Assembly (NCBI GenBank): GCA_035285325.1
Contig: JAYKJB010000117.1
Span: 832 to 64,831 of the forward strand
DNA from: Candidatus Sericytochromatia bacterium
GTDB lineage: Bacteria > Cyanobacteriota > Sericytochromatia > S15B-MN24 > JAQBPE01
Length of the DNA stretch: 64,000 bases
Reading direction: 5' to 3'
The position numbers were made by a program, and so were the translations under genes. This document shows positions 52,895 through 62,872 of this stretch, one piece after another; position 1 is the first letter of the stretch, and the number at the start of each line of letters is the position of its first letter. Below the pieces are notes generated by a model, which saw only the letters and a list, made by a program, of their open reading frames with translations, did no database searches and was not told where the DNA came from.

Positions 52895-55471
52895 TCACTT
52901 GGGCGCCACGAAGGTGGACTTCAACTCCACCGGATAAAGGAACAGGGCCCCTCGGTAGACCCCGGTGACCTCCGGGTAATTCATTCCGCCATCGGGCATC
53001 AGCAGGCGGTTGGCGCCGTCCTCCGAGGCCACGCTCTTCAACCGAAAGGTGTGCTTGCCTGGCTGGTTCAAGGGGTCCTCCACCGGCAGGTTGAAGACCA
53101 GGGTCGTGCCCTGAGGCTGAAGCGTCACGCGCTTGCTGACCAGCGAGCCGTCGCCTGCCACCAGATCGTATTCGGCCTCCCATTTGCCACTCAGGTTCCC
53201 CGAGGCACGCAGGGTCAGGCGTGGCAGGTTGGCGTTGAGCGGCAGGTTCACCGTGGTCCCGTTCACGCTGGCCGAAGCAGTGCCGGACAGCGTCACCCCG
53301 TTGGCGCTGCGCTGCGCCGTGATGCTCGAGGCGGCCCCGCTGAGCCCCCACGTCGTCGCGTTCCCCGTCAGGTTGGTGAAGCTGAGTGGTTCCTGGCGCG
53401 TCTTGCCCGCATAAGCGGATTGAGGGTGGCTGAAGGTCAGGTCCGCCCCACTGACCGCCTGCCCGTTCCAGACGCTGGCCGGGCGGCTCTCAGCCGGTTG
53501 GGACGCATCGTTCGACTCGTAGACGAGGGACGCGGTGATGCTGCGCGAGAACCAGAACGTGGTGGGCAGGTTCTTGGTCGTGTTCCAACCCGCATCCACG
53601 GCCGCGGAAGACATCTCGACCCACTCGCTGGCCGAGGGCTGATAGGCCCCGTTCACGCTGAAAGAGGCGGAGGGGGAGTTGAGCGGGATGCTCGGCTTGA
53701 CGGTGGTGTTCACCACCGCCGACAGCGGAAAATCACCCAGGCTGGTTTTCAGCGTCACCGCGCCGGGAGAGGCCCCATTGACCGTGGGTTGTAGCTCCAC
53801 CCGTGGCATGTTCTTGTGAATTCGCAGATCGACCGTGCGGCAATCGACCAGATAGCCACTGGTGCTGCCGAAGGTGAAGCCCGCTTGCCCGGGCAGGGAG
53901 GCCGACACCGACCCGTTGCTCCCCTCGACGCCGGTGGTCGACGCGTAGCCGTCACTGCCCGAGTCGAGCGACAGAGCGGTGCCGGCGCGCATCGGCGAGA
54001 CCGAGTGGTTGAAGTTCACCCGGGCACCGGCCACCGGGCCACTGATCCGCGGGTCGTCCGAATTCCAGTTCACCAGGGCGTTGATCGATTTCGAGTTCCA
54101 CTGCGTGTAAGTCGTCTGCCACTCGCCACCCGGGTCCTTGACCTTGATGCGGCCGCCCTCGCAATAGTACTGATTCGGGTCGAACTGGTAGTAGACGCAG
54201 CGGCCGCCATTGACGCCCGGGTTGTGGGTGACCAGGGTGACCCATCCCGGAATGGAACTGCCGGTGGCCATGTTGTAGGTGCCGCCGCCTTCATACTGGG
54301 CCGCCGTGCCGGAGGTCGTGCATCCCCCTCCGGAGCTGGCCGCGTACTGGTTGACCCAGTCAGCGCTGACGTTATTGCTCGTTCTGTAACCGTTGACCCA
54401 GATGGGAATCTCGATGCCGGGCGTCATGGAGGCCCACTGCTTTTTGACCCAGAAGGTCTTGGGTTCCTGGTCGGTGAAGGACTGACATTGCGCCGCCATC
54501 AGGCGCCGCCGCAGGGGCGGTGCCGCGCCGGCCCCCCCGGTCGCAATGACACTGGCCGTGTTCGGGCCCACCATCTGCATGGCCAGCCAGTAGTGGCCTG
54601 CGGCATCCCGCGTGACGGACTCGGTCTGCTGGGCAAAGGTGTCCCCCGCCTTGTAGCGCGCATCCAGAAGCGCCGCCATCGGACCTTCGGCCTTGAACCG
54701 CACAACCACCTTGGCGCCCGGCGCCACGGACACCCCCTCACCCAGATCGAGACCGTACTGATACGTCCCCAGCGGCACGTTGTCCGCCAGTTTGTAGCCC
54801 GCATCCGTGAAGGAGAAGGGCTTGCCGTCCTTCTCCGTGCTCATGGTGAAGGGCATCTGCTGCGGCAGGCGTTGACCAGGCAGGCCCCACTGACCGTACG
54901 CGCGCGTCACCGCCACGCGCGTATCGCCGCTGAGGGAGCCCGGTGGGAATACCACCTCCAGGTTTCCGGCCGCATTCATGGCCGTGCCGCCGGCCGCCGC
55001 CGTGATGGTGGTGCGCTGCGCATCGACCGGGCTCAGTTGCACCGCGAAGCCCGGAATCACATCCTGCTCGACGGCCATGTAGCCCGGGGCGCGGATCACG
55101 GCCGGTTGGCGCCCCAGCTTGGCGACCTCGGGCGGCAGATTGACCAACCCCTGGGCGTCCGTGAGGGCGCGCAAATCTCCCACAATGATCTCCGCCCCGG
55201 CCACCGGCTGCCCGCCGGCCGTGACGGTCTGGATCTGAGCCGGGGTGACCGCCCCCACCGGCGCCAGCAAGCCCAGGTTTCGCGCCAGGGTCGCCTGCGG
55301 GTCCTCGGGCGCCTTGGCGGGCGGGGCTCCCGCGCCACGGGCGCCCCCGGAGCGGGTGATCACGTCCGGCGCCGAGGCCTGTGGCGCCTGGCTTTGACAG
55401 GCGGCCATGGCCAGCATCACGGCGATCGCCGCGGGCGCATCCAGCCGAATCCGACGAGCAGGCGCGGTCAC
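52895..55471 (-). CDS. Large lipoprotein of unknown function (tandem paralog B)
   Basis: GTG start, lipobox AAIAVMLAMAACQ. Blocks shared with paralog A: AVTRVYGQWGLPGQRLPEQMPFT, RCVYYQFDPNQYYCE.GRIKVKDPGGEWQTTYT, LPVEDPLNQPGKHTFRL. Confidence 0.7.
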   Translation of the reverse strand: MTAPARRIRLDAPAAIAVMLAMAACQSQAPQASAPDVITRSGGARGAGAPPAKAPEDPQATLARNLGLLAPVGAVTPAQIQTVTAGGQPVAGAEIIVGDLRALTDAQGLVNLPPEVAKLGRQPAVIRAPGYMAVEQDVIPGFAVQLSPVDAQRTTITAAAGGTAMNAAGNLEVVFPPGSLSGDTRVAVTRAYGQWGLPGQRLPQQMPFTMSTEKDGKPFSFTDAGYKLADNVPLGTYQYGLDLGEGVSVAPGAKVVVRFKAEGPMAALLDARYKAGDTFAQQTESVTRDAAGHYWLAMQMVGPNTASVIATGGAGAAPPLRRRLMAAQCQSFTDQEPKTFWVKKQWASMTPGIEIPIWVNGYRTSNNVSADWVNQYAASSGGGCTTSGTAAQYEGGGTYNMATGSSIPGWVTLVTHNPGVNGGRCVYYQFDPNQYYCEGGRIKVKDPGGEWQTTYTQWNSKSINALVNWNSDDPRISGPVAGARVNFNHSVSPMRAGTALSLDSGSDGYASTTGVEGSNGSVSASLPGQAGFTFGSTSGYLVDCRTVDLRIHKNMPRVELQPTVNGASPGAVTLKTSLGDFPLSAVVNTTVKPSIPLNSPSASFSVNGAYQPSASEWVEMSSAAVDAGWNTTKNLPTTFWFSRSITASLVYESNDASQPAESRPASVWNGQAVSGADLTFSHPQSAYAGKTRQEPLSFTNLTGNATTWGLSGAASSITAQRSANGVTLSGTASASVNGTTVNLPLNANLPRLTLRASGNLSGKWEAEYDLVAGDGSLVSKRVTLQPQGTTLVFNLPVEDPLNQPGKHTFRLKSVASEDGANRLLMPDGGMNYPEVTGVYRGALFLYPVELKSTFVAPK

Positions 55472-55594
55472 GTGTTTCCCTCCCCCTTGCTTCCCTATCG
55501 AGACACGCCGGCACGGCCGCCGTCTCCGACGGTCGATCCGAACGATCCGCCGACTGGCCGGCGACGTTCGGTCGGAGCGACGTCAACCTGGCAC

Positions 55595-56656
55595 TCAGCG
55601 GGCGTAAAACGAGGCTGGGAAGCACCACAGCGGACCTTCCTCGGCCGCGCACCAGAGGTCGTGGCTGCCCGGGCGAAAGGTGACGGCCTCGACCTGCCAG
55701 GCCCGCTGATCCGAGGCGTAGGGACAAGACCAGCGAGGCGGTTGCGCCACCACGGCGGCCATGGCCGCCGGCGTGGTGGGCGCGAGGGCGGATTCGTAGA
55801 CGTACAGGCGCCGCCGCCCGGCCGCCACGGCGAGGCGCGTGCCGTCCGAGGCGATCGCCGCCCCCGTCACCAGGCCCTCGAAACCGCGAGCCGGCGGCGT
55901 CAAGGCGCCGAGGCGGGTCAGCGTGACCGGGCTGCCGTCCAGCGCCGGAAAGTGGTACAGCCCGTGGCCGGCCGTCTTGGTGATCACGTAGGCCTCGCCC
56001 TGCCAGAACCAGAGCGCCTCGGCGTCGAACGAGCGCCCCCACGGCGGGGCATCCGGATAGCGAAAGGGCACCCGCAGGCTGGCGGTGGCCTGTCGCGCGC
56101 GGTAGGGATCGGGTTCCGGCACGCGCCACAGGCTCAGGTCGGTGCGATCTTCATCATTGTTGCCGCTATCGGCAATCCAGAGGTTCCCCGACGCATCGGC
56201 CGCCACTTCTTCCCAGTCTCGATTGGGGGCGCCCGCAACGGGCACGCTCCGCACCCGGCTACCATCCGGCCAGGCGACCAGCCGACCGGCCTGCTCGCGA
56301 AACGCCAGCAGCACCGCCCGCTGGCCAGGGCCGGAGTCCTGGATCGCCCAGCACACGCCGGGGTAGCGCCGTGAAGCGGCCAGCCCGCTGACCTCGTCCT
56401 GGGTGAACCGCCAGAGCGGCACGTGCGGGTCACGCTCGGCCCAGGCAGGCGGCCCTGCCAGGCAGGCCAGCAGGATGCCCCCCAGGAGCGTTCCAACCAA
56501 CGTCCCCCCGTCCTGCCTCCCTGGGATTCGGCCAGCCGTGCGCTCCGTGAGCGAGGCCGGCGATGGCGTGCCACGCGCGGAAATGTGGCGTTTCGCGGAT
56601 CCTCCGCGCGCCGGAAGCTTCTCGCCGTCACCGTCGCGCAGCCAGCAGCGGGTCAC
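55595..56656 (-). CDS. Secreted hypothetical protein (beta-propeller-like)
   Basis: Signal-like LVGTLLGGILLACLAGPPAWA. The start is probably downstream of the listed M. No confident family assignment. Confidence 0.45.
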   Translation of the reverse strand: MTRCWLRDGDGEKLPARGGSAKRHISARGTPSPASLTERTAGRIPGRQDGGTLVGTLLGGILLACLAGPPAWAERDPHVPLWRFTQDEVSGLAASRRYPGVCWAIQDSGPGQRAVLLAFREQAGRLVAWPDGSRVRSVPVAGAPNRDWEEVAADASGNLWIADSGNNDEDRTDLSLWRVPEPDPYRARQATASLRVPFRYPDAPPWGRSFDAEALWFWQGEAYVITKTAGHGLYHFPALDGSPVTLTRLGALTPPARGFEGLVTGAAIASDGTRLAVAAGRRRLYVYESALAPTTPAAMAAVVAQPPRWSCPYASDQRAWQVEAVTFRPGSHDLWCAAEEGPLWCFPASFYAR

Positions 56657-56669
56657 GGGAGCTGCCCCT

Positions 56670-57662
56670 TCACAGGCCGGCCCGCAACTTGGCCAGGCCC
56701 GGCAGCGAGAAGGCGCTGGAGCCGCCTTTCCAGGCCATGTGGGCCTTGCCGTCGCGCCAGGTCAACGAGGCAAACTCGCCGTCTTCCGCTTCACTGCAGC
56801 GCAGCGACACGCGCGGCCCCTCCGCCGCCGTCGTGACCGCCCCCCAAAATCGCACCGGCCCGTGCTGAGCTTCGAACAAGTAGTCTCCCTGCGGCGTGAC
56901 CGCGCCGTCGTCGAGCGAGACGGTCACGCCGAAGCGCTTGATGCCGAGCTTGAAACCGCGGCCCACGTGCGTCATGGCAGTGTCTTCCAGGCTCAAGGGA
57001 AGCCGTCGTGACGCGATCTGGCGCGCCAAGGCGCCCAGCGTCTGACGGGTGGAGCCGAGCGCCAGTTGCAGCGTGAAGCCCTGAGTGGTGGTCTTCAAGA
57101 CGGTGCCCACGTCGAGTCGCAAGGCCTCGTCCCGAAAGCCCCAGCCCCCGCCCGGCAAGGGCGTCGGCTGCAACAGCGGGAACAAGGGGCCACGGACCCC
57201 GGCCGGATTGATCAGGGCGAGCAGGTCTGGCACGTAGCTGTCGAGCCGGGTCAACTCGGCTTCCAACGGTTGGTCCACCGCCTTGCCCGCGTGCCCTTCC
57301 CCCCAGTACAGGCGCAGGCGATAAACCCGGTCGTCGGCGGCTTCGCGCTGATAGGTGCCCTGACCTTGCCAGGCATAGGGACCAAGGGCCTCGAAGACCT
57401 GTCCGTCGAGGCGCACGCCCCCTTGCAGCGCGCTCGACAGCTGGCGTGTCTGGCGGGCCACTTCAGCCGTCAGGACCCGCACGGCATCCACGAACAAGGC
57501 AGGCCCCTCGCCCAGGCGAGCCATCTCCTGCGGCAGCACGGGGGCCCCGCACACCAGCAACTCAGGCAACAGCGGGGCGAGGGCCTGCAGGCGATCGCAG
57601 GCGCTGCTGGCGAACATGGCGCTCAGCGTGGCGGAAAAGAGCAGGACGCGGGTCATTCGCAT
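56670..57662 (-). CDS. Hypothetical lipoprotein/secreted protein
   Basis: The ATG at 57662 follows GGAGG. Signal MRMTRVLLFSATLSAMFASSAC. Confidence 0.5.
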   Translation of the reverse strand: MRMTRVLLFSATLSAMFASSACDRLQALAPLLPELLVCGAPVLPQEMARLGEGPALFVDAVRVLTAEVARQTRQLSSALQGGVRLDGQVFEALGPYAWQGQGTYQREAADDRVYRLRLYWGEGHAGKAVDQPLEAELTRLDSYVPDLLALINPAGVRGPLFPLLQPTPLPGGGWGFRDEALRLDVGTVLKTTTQGFTLQLALGSTRQTLGALARQIASRRLPLSLEDTAMTHVGRGFKLGIKRFGVTVSLDDGAVTPQGDYLFEAQHGPVRFWGAVTTAAEGPRVSLRCSEAEDGEFASLTWRDGKAHMAWKGGSSAFSLPGLAKLRAGL

Positions 57663-57783
57663 GGGGGCAGGCCTCCGGTGGACCCGCCGTTCATACCCGA
57701 CCAGCAGACGAGCGGCACGCAGCCCCTGACAGCAGGGCTGCCCCATGGACCGAGCCCCCTTCAGCAGGCTACACTGGGCGGGT

Positions 57784-58980
57784 ATGGTCACCCGCCGACT
57801 CGATTCCAAAATTCGCATCACGGTGGACGTGCTGGCCCCGTCCACCCCTGCCCGGGCGCGCCTCTATCTGGCCAGCACGCTGAATGACTGGCGCACGGAC
57901 GACCCGGCCTACCGCTTCGAAGAACTGGAACCGGGACGCTACCGTCTGGGACTCGACGTGCCGCGTGGCACGACCATGGAATACAAGATCACGCGCGGCA
58001 CCTGGCGCACCGTCGAGGTCGATGAACGGGGCCAGGAACTGGAGAACCGCCGCCTGGCGGCCCTGGGCACCACCACGGTGCGCCTCGACATTCCACACTG
58101 GCGCGACCAGGCCAGTGCCCGGCGCCCGGCCCGGCCGCGCAGCACCGATGTGAGCGTGGTGGGCCCCCTGCCGATTCCGGTGCTGGGGCGGGAACGAGAG
58201 GTGGTGGTGTACCTGCCACCCGGTTACCATCAAGAGCCGAACCGACGCTTCCCCGTTCTTTATATGTTCGACGGCCAGAACCTGTTCGATCCCGCCACCG
58301 CCTTCAACGTGGAGTGGGGGGTCGATGAAACCTGCGATCGCCTCGTCCGCTCCGGTGAGTTGGCGCCCTTGATCGTGGTGGGCATCTACAACGGCGGTGA
58401 AAAGCGCCTGAGCGAACAATCCCCCTGGAAAGACGCGCGCCTCGGCGCCGACGGCGAGGGCCACGCTTTTTTGCGCTGGGTGGTCGGAGGGCTGAAGGAC
58501 CACATCGACGCTCACTACCGCACGCTGACGGGCCCTGAGCACACCGGGGTGGCAGGGTCCTCCATGGGGGGCCTGACCGCCCTGTTCGCCGCCTATCGCT
58601 ACCCGCTGGTGTTCGGGCGCGTGGCGGCGCTGTCCCCAGCCTTCTGGTTCGCCCGCAGCCAGATCTTCCGCTACATCGCCGGCATGCCGCCGCCCCTCGG
58701 CGCCCGGATTTACCTGGATTGCGGCGAACTGGAAACCGCCCGGGTCCACCCCAAACGCGACTTCTACCGGGTCGCCCACTCGATGGTGGATCTGCTGACC
58801 CTGCAAGGCTTCAAGGCCGAAGACAACATGCGCTGGGTCAGTGATCCCCGAGGCACCCACAGTGAGGCTTGCTGGGCCCGTCGGGTGGGCCCAGCGCTCA
58901 GCTGGCTATTCCCGGGCGAGGGCAAACCGAAAATCGCGCCGCGCGGCACGCGCCGCCTGCAGCGCCCGGGGTCGGTTTAG
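57784..58980 (+). CDS. Esterase-family alpha/beta hydrolase (enterochelin-esterase-like) with N-terminal beta-sandwich domain
   Basis: Nucleophile elbow GSSMGG. Putative-esterase motifs FPVLYMFDGQNLF and LIVVGIYNGGEKR. Confidence 0.8.
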   Translation: MVTRRLDSKIRITVDVLAPSTPARARLYLASTLNDWRTDDPAYRFEELEPGRYRLGLDVPRGTTMEYKITRGTWRTVEVDERGQELENRRLAALGTTTVRLDIPHWRDQASARRPARPRSTDVSVVGPLPIPVLGREREVVVYLPPGYHQEPNRRFPVLYMFDGQNLFDPATAFNVEWGVDETCDRLVRSGELAPLIVVGIYNGGEKRLSEQSPWKDARLGADGEGHAFLRWVVGGLKDHIDAHYRTLTGPEHTGVAGSSMGGLTALFAAYRYPLVFGRVAALSPAFWFARSQIFRYIAGMPPPLGARIYLDCGELETARVHPKRDFYRVAHSMVDLLTLQGFKAEDNMRWVSDPRGTHSEACWARRVGPALSWLFPGEGKPKIAPRGTRRLQRPGSV

Positions 58981-59225
58981 CCGCTCAGGAGCAGGCAATG
59001 CGCCGCACCGAGGGGCCGCCAGCCGGCTGGTGCGGCCCTGATTTTCAGGCCGGCCGGACGAGGCAGGAGACTTGCCCTGCCTGCCCGACTTGATTGTTCG
59101 TGTGTAACAGCCGACAATCTAGTACAACGTTGTTCGCGTGAGAAGGATCCGCGCACCTTGGGGTATGTAACTGACGACCTGAAATTCGATCACCGACGCA
59201 CGTTCTCTCATGGAGGAGGAACGCC

Positions 59226-59825
59226 ATGTCAGCGCATCGTGGCACGGAGGCCCGCTGCTTGAACGCGACGGAACTGAGGCAGGACGCCTCGCTGGATGCC
59301 AGCCTGCCCTTGACCTTGAACCTGGGGGCCTACACCCGCCCGCAGAGCGGCCTGGAGCCGCTCCGCCTCGAGGAAGTGCCCGCCTTGATCCTGGCCCTGC
59401 TGGGTCGTACCGAGCCGGAGCTGGCGCCCTACGAGGAACGCGTGCTGCGCGCTTGCCTGTGCCTGGCCGGGGAGGAACTGACGCCAGCCGGCGGCTTCGA
59501 TGCGGACTTCTACGAGGCGTTGCTGGCCTTCAAGCATCGGCACCGGCTGCAACCGGTGGATGCCCGGTTGGACCTGCCGACCCTGACCCAGATCGTGCAG
59601 CGGGCCTCGATCGCCGTCGGAGCGCCGAGTGGCTCTCCGTGGACGCGCCTGCGAGGCGTCTGGTTCGACGTCATGCGCGCCCCCGCCTTGATTGCGGAGG
59701 CACCGGGGATTGTGAACCTCGTGCGCGAATTGAAGGGGGGGCGAACCCGCATGCCCACCCTGACGCCGCTCCACCAGGGACAGGCCGGGGAGCCCGCCGC
59801 GCCGCCTGTTTCCCCGCGCCGCTGA
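59226..59825 (+). CDS. Hypothetical protein with peptidoglycan-binding-like domain
   Basis: GGAGGAGG RBS. DADFYEALLAFKHRHRLQPVDARLDLPTLTQIV resembles PG_binding_1. Confidence 0.45.
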   Translation: MSAHRGTEARCLNATELRQDASLDASLPLTLNLGAYTRPQSGLEPLRLEEVPALILALLGRTEPELAPYEERVLRACLCLAGEELTPAGGFDADFYEALLAFKHRHRLQPVDARLDLPTLTQIVQRASIAVGAPSGSPWTRLRGVWFDVMRAPALIAEAPGIVNLVRELKGGRTRMPTLTPLHQGQAGEPAAPPVSPRR

Positions 59826-59840
59826 GCGGGGCGAGGAACG

Positions 59841-60677
59841 ATGGACAAGCTGGTCATCACGTGCGCGCCCGTCGGGGCGGAAGTCATGAAAACCGACAAC
59901 CCGGCTGTGCCCTACGGGCCCCGGGAAATCGCCGACGCCTCACTCGCCGCGGTGGCCGCCGGAGCCAGCCTGATCCACCTGCACGCGCGCGATGAAGCGG
60001 GCCGCCCCAGCCAGGAGCCGGCCCTCTTTCGGGAGATCTTCACGCGCATTCGCGCGGGGGCGAATCCGATCCTGCAAATTTCCACCGGCGGTGCCGTCAC
60101 GGCCACCACAGCTGAACGCCTGGCGCCCTTGGATGATGCGGCCTGCGTGGCGGCCCTCGAGATGGCGTCCTTCACCTGCGGCACGGTCAATTTCGGGGAC
60201 GAGGTCTTCATGAACAGCCCCGAGTTCCTGCTGGCGCTGGCGCACAAGCTCAAGGCCACCGGCATCAAGCCGGAAATCGAGGTGTTCGAAGCCGGCATGA
60301 TCGCCAACGCGATGCGGCTGGCCAAGCGCGGGGAAATTTCGCATCCGCTGCATTTCGACTTCGTGCTGGGCGTGCCGGGCGGCATGCCGGGCGGCGTGCG
60401 GGCCCTGCAATTTCTGGTGGACGCGTTGCCGGCCATGTGCACCTGGTCGGTGGCCGGCGTCGGTTCTCAGCAGCTGCCGATGGCGACGCTGGCGATTCTG
60501 ATGGGGGGACACGTGCGCGTCGGCTTGGAGGACAACCTGTTTTACCGCAAGGGTGAACTCGCCGAGAGCAACGCCCAGCTGGTCGCTCGCGTGGTGCGTC
60601 TGGCCCACGAACTCGGCCGCGAGGTCGCCAGCCCGGACGAGGCGCGCGAGATTCTCGGCCTGCCCCCGCACCCCTGA
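59841..60677 (+). CDS. kce: 3-keto-5-aminohexanoate cleavage enzyme (BKACE/DUF849 family)
   Basis: MDKLVITCAPVGAEV...LIHLHARDE...ILQISTGG and C-terminal GGHVRVGLEDNLFYRKGELAESNAQLV are hallmark BKACE motifs. Confidence 0.85.
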   Translation: MDKLVITCAPVGAEVMKTDNPAVPYGPREIADASLAAVAAGASLIHLHARDEAGRPSQEPALFREIFTRIRAGANPILQISTGGAVTATTAERLAPLDDAACVAALEMASFTCGTVNFGDEVFMNSPEFLLALAHKLKATGIKPEIEVFEAGMIANAMRLAKRGEISHPLHFDFVLGVPGGMPGGVRALQFLVDALPAMCTWSVAGVGSQQLPMATLAILMGGHVRVGLEDNLFYRKGELAESNAQLVARVVRLAHELGREVASPDEAREILGLPPHP

Positions 60678-60678
60678 C

Positions 60679-61719
60679 ATGGAGCGACATGTGACCTTGA
60701 CCACCCTCGATGAAAGCCCCTTCGGCGTCCACCGGGTGGTGGCTCCCGCAGGCGTTCTGCCCTATCAGGCCCAGCGCCTGGAACTCGATTCGCCGCTGCG
60801 CCCGGGAGAGGTGCGCCTGGCCGTCGAGAAGCTGAATCTGGATTCGGCCAGCTTTTACCAGCTCAAGCAGGAAACGAATGGCGACCTGGAAGCCCTGAAA
60901 AGCCGCGTGGCGGCGATCGTGGCCGAGCGGGGCAAGATGCACAACCCGGTCACGGGCTCGGGCGGCGTGTTGATCGGGCGCGTGGCGGAAGTGGGCGCGG
61001 CGCGTTCGGACGTGCAACCGGGCGATCGCCTGATCACCCTCGTCTCGCTGACCACCACCCCCTTGCGCCTGACCTCGCTGGGCGAGGTGATTCCGGCCGC
61101 CCACCAGCTCGTGGCCTCAGGGGAAGCGATCCTGTTCGCGCGCAGCCCCTACGGCGCTTTGCCTCCCGACATGGACGAGGATCTGGTGCTGTCGGTGCTG
61201 GATGTCTGCGGCGCCCCGGCCCAAGCGCACCGACTCAGTCAGCCAGGCATGACCGTGGTGGTGCTGGGCGCCGGCGGCCGCAGCGGGCTGCTCTGCACCT
61301 GGATCGCCGCCAGCCAGGTGGGCCCAGGTGGCCGCGTGCTCGCGCTGGAATACGGCGAGGCGGGGCTGGCCAAGCTCGCGCAGGTGCCGGGCCCCGTGAC
61401 CATCCGCCGGGTGGACGCCACCGATGCGGTGGCCGTGCGGCAGGCCGTGGAAGAGGCCACCGGCGGCGCACTGGCGGACCTGGCGATCAACTGCGTGAAC
61501 GTGCCTGGCACGGAAATGGCCAGCATTCTGGCCGTGCGGCCGCGGGGGATGGTCTATTTCTTCAGCATGGCCACGTCGTTCCAGGCGGCTGCGCTGGGCG
61601 CTGAAGCGGTCGGGCAGGACGTGGATCTGCTGATGGGCAACGGCTTTGCCGAGGGCCACGCGGCCTACGCGCTGCAGGTGGTGCGCGAGAACCCGGTGCT
61701 GGCGGATCTGGTGCGCTGA
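60679..61719 (+). CDS. kdd: L-erythro-3,5-diaminohexanoate dehydrogenase-like
   Basis: Begins 1 bp after the kce stop (tgacATG). About 346 aa. Rossmann motif VVLGAGGRSGLL. Similarity to Kdd throughout. Confidence 0.75.
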   Translation: MERHVTLTTLDESPFGVHRVVAPAGVLPYQAQRLELDSPLRPGEVRLAVEKLNLDSASFYQLKQETNGDLEALKSRVAAIVAERGKMHNPVTGSGGVLIGRVAEVGAARSDVQPGDRLITLVSLTTTPLRLTSLGEVIPAAHQLVASGEAILFARSPYGALPPDMDEDLVLSVLDVCGAPAQAHRLSQPGMTVVVLGAGGRSGLLCTWIAASQVGPGGRVLALEYGEAGLAKLAQVPGPVTIRRVDATDAVAVRQAVEEATGGALADLAINCVNVPGTEMASILAVRPRGMVYFFSMATSFQAAALGAEAVGQDVDLLMGNGFAEGHAAYALQVVRENPVLADLVR

Positions 61720-61870
61720 TTCGCGGTCCGCTCTCCGGCGGCGGAGGGCGTCAATCCTGCGTGAAATCAATGTTAAATCCATGTTTCGAGTCACAGGAAG
61801 CCGGCCGTAGCGGGTGAAAATGACCTGGCGGGGGAGGCCTGACGGACGTGCAGCGCCCCGCAGGGGAGTG

Positions 61871-62815
61871 ACCACCGTGACCGAATTGAACCGCACCGTG
61901 CCCGCGACACGATCCGCGGCCACCTCGCCGACGGCGCCCGCCAAGTCCGAAGGGGCCCCGCGGGCTGCTGACTCGGCCACATCGCGAGCCGGCGACACCA
62001 ACACGGCCCGTGCGACGGTCAGGCCACAGGCGGAACCCAGGCCGCTCGATCTCGATCGCGTTCTGGCCAACGCGGGCCTCACGATGAAGGCACTTGGCGA
62101 CCTTGCGGAGCCCACGCAAACCGTCTCGGATGCAGCCGCCAACGCCGCCGACGTGGTGCTCAATGCCGAGGAGGCCGCCAAGGTGGTCAAATCCTTGCCG
62201 CAGGTCAGCCCCGCGCAGAGTGCGCGCTTCGCCAAAGCCCTGGAAGGGGCGCAAAAGGCAGGCAAGGTGGCCGGTGCCGCGGGTGCCGTGGTCGCGGCCC
62301 ACGCCCTGTTCCAGGCGGTGCATCCGACGCTCGACCTCAAGGCCGCCGGCGAGGCGCTCGCGAACCTGGCCCTCGGCCTGGCCACCGCTTTCGAAGATCT
62401 GGCGCCGAATGCCCTCGGGGCAGCCGGATTCGGTCTGGGTGCGGTCTCGAGCCTGTTCGCGCTCGCCAACGATCTCCAGGACGCCCAGGCGAACGGCCTG
62501 AGTACCTCCAACGCGATGGGCGTGCTCGGCAATGCCCTGACGGCGGCCGGCAGCGTGGCCTCGCTCCTGCCGGCCGGCCAGCCCGTGGGCGCCGCGCTGC
62601 TGATGGCGGGGGCCGCCGTCAACCTGGCCCGGCTGGCCTACGACAACCGCGAGGCCATCGCGACGGCAGGCGGCAAGGCGCTCACGGCCGTTCGGGAGGC
62701 TGGTGGCAAGGCGCTCACCGCCATGGGCAGCTGGTTCAGCCCCCCCCAGCTGGCGCAGAGCGCTCCCCGCCCGTCCGTCCCGATCGCCCGCCGCACGGCC
62801 CCCGCTCCCGGCTGA
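61871..62815 (+). CDS. Ala-rich hypothetical protein
   Basis: GTG start after GGGGAG. Ala/Gly/Leu-rich helical composition. No recognised domain. Coding status moderately uncertain. Confidence 0.35.
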   Translation, partial: TTVTELNRTVPATRSAATSPTAPAKSEGAPRAADSATSRAGDTNTARATVRPQAEPRPLDLDRVLANAGLTMKALGDLAEPTQTVSDAAANAADVVLNAEEAAKVVKSLPQVSPAQSARFAKALEGAQKAGKVAGAAGAVVAAHALFQAVHPTLDLKAAGEALANLALGLATAFEDLAPNALGAAGFGLGAVSSLFALANDLQDAQANGLSTSNAMGVLGNALTAAGSVASLLPAGQPVGAALLMAGAAVNLARLAYDNREAIATAGGKALTAVREAGGKALTAMGSWFSPPQLAQSAPRPSVPIARRTAPAPG

Positions 62816-62872
62816 TGCGCGGCGTGCCGCCCTCCGCTCCATCCCTGTCCTTGCAGGAGCCATGAACCGCCC

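Noticed and set aside
50240-56374. 838-aa and 852-aa plus-strand ORFs (50240..52756 and 53816..56374)
   Set aside because: They are antisense to the two lipoprotein paralogs, are R/G/H-rich, and have no signal peptide or motifs.
61117-62622. 501-aa minus-strand ORF
   Set aside because: It is antisense to kdd and to the Ala-rich hypothetical gene, with low-complexity A/R/S composition.
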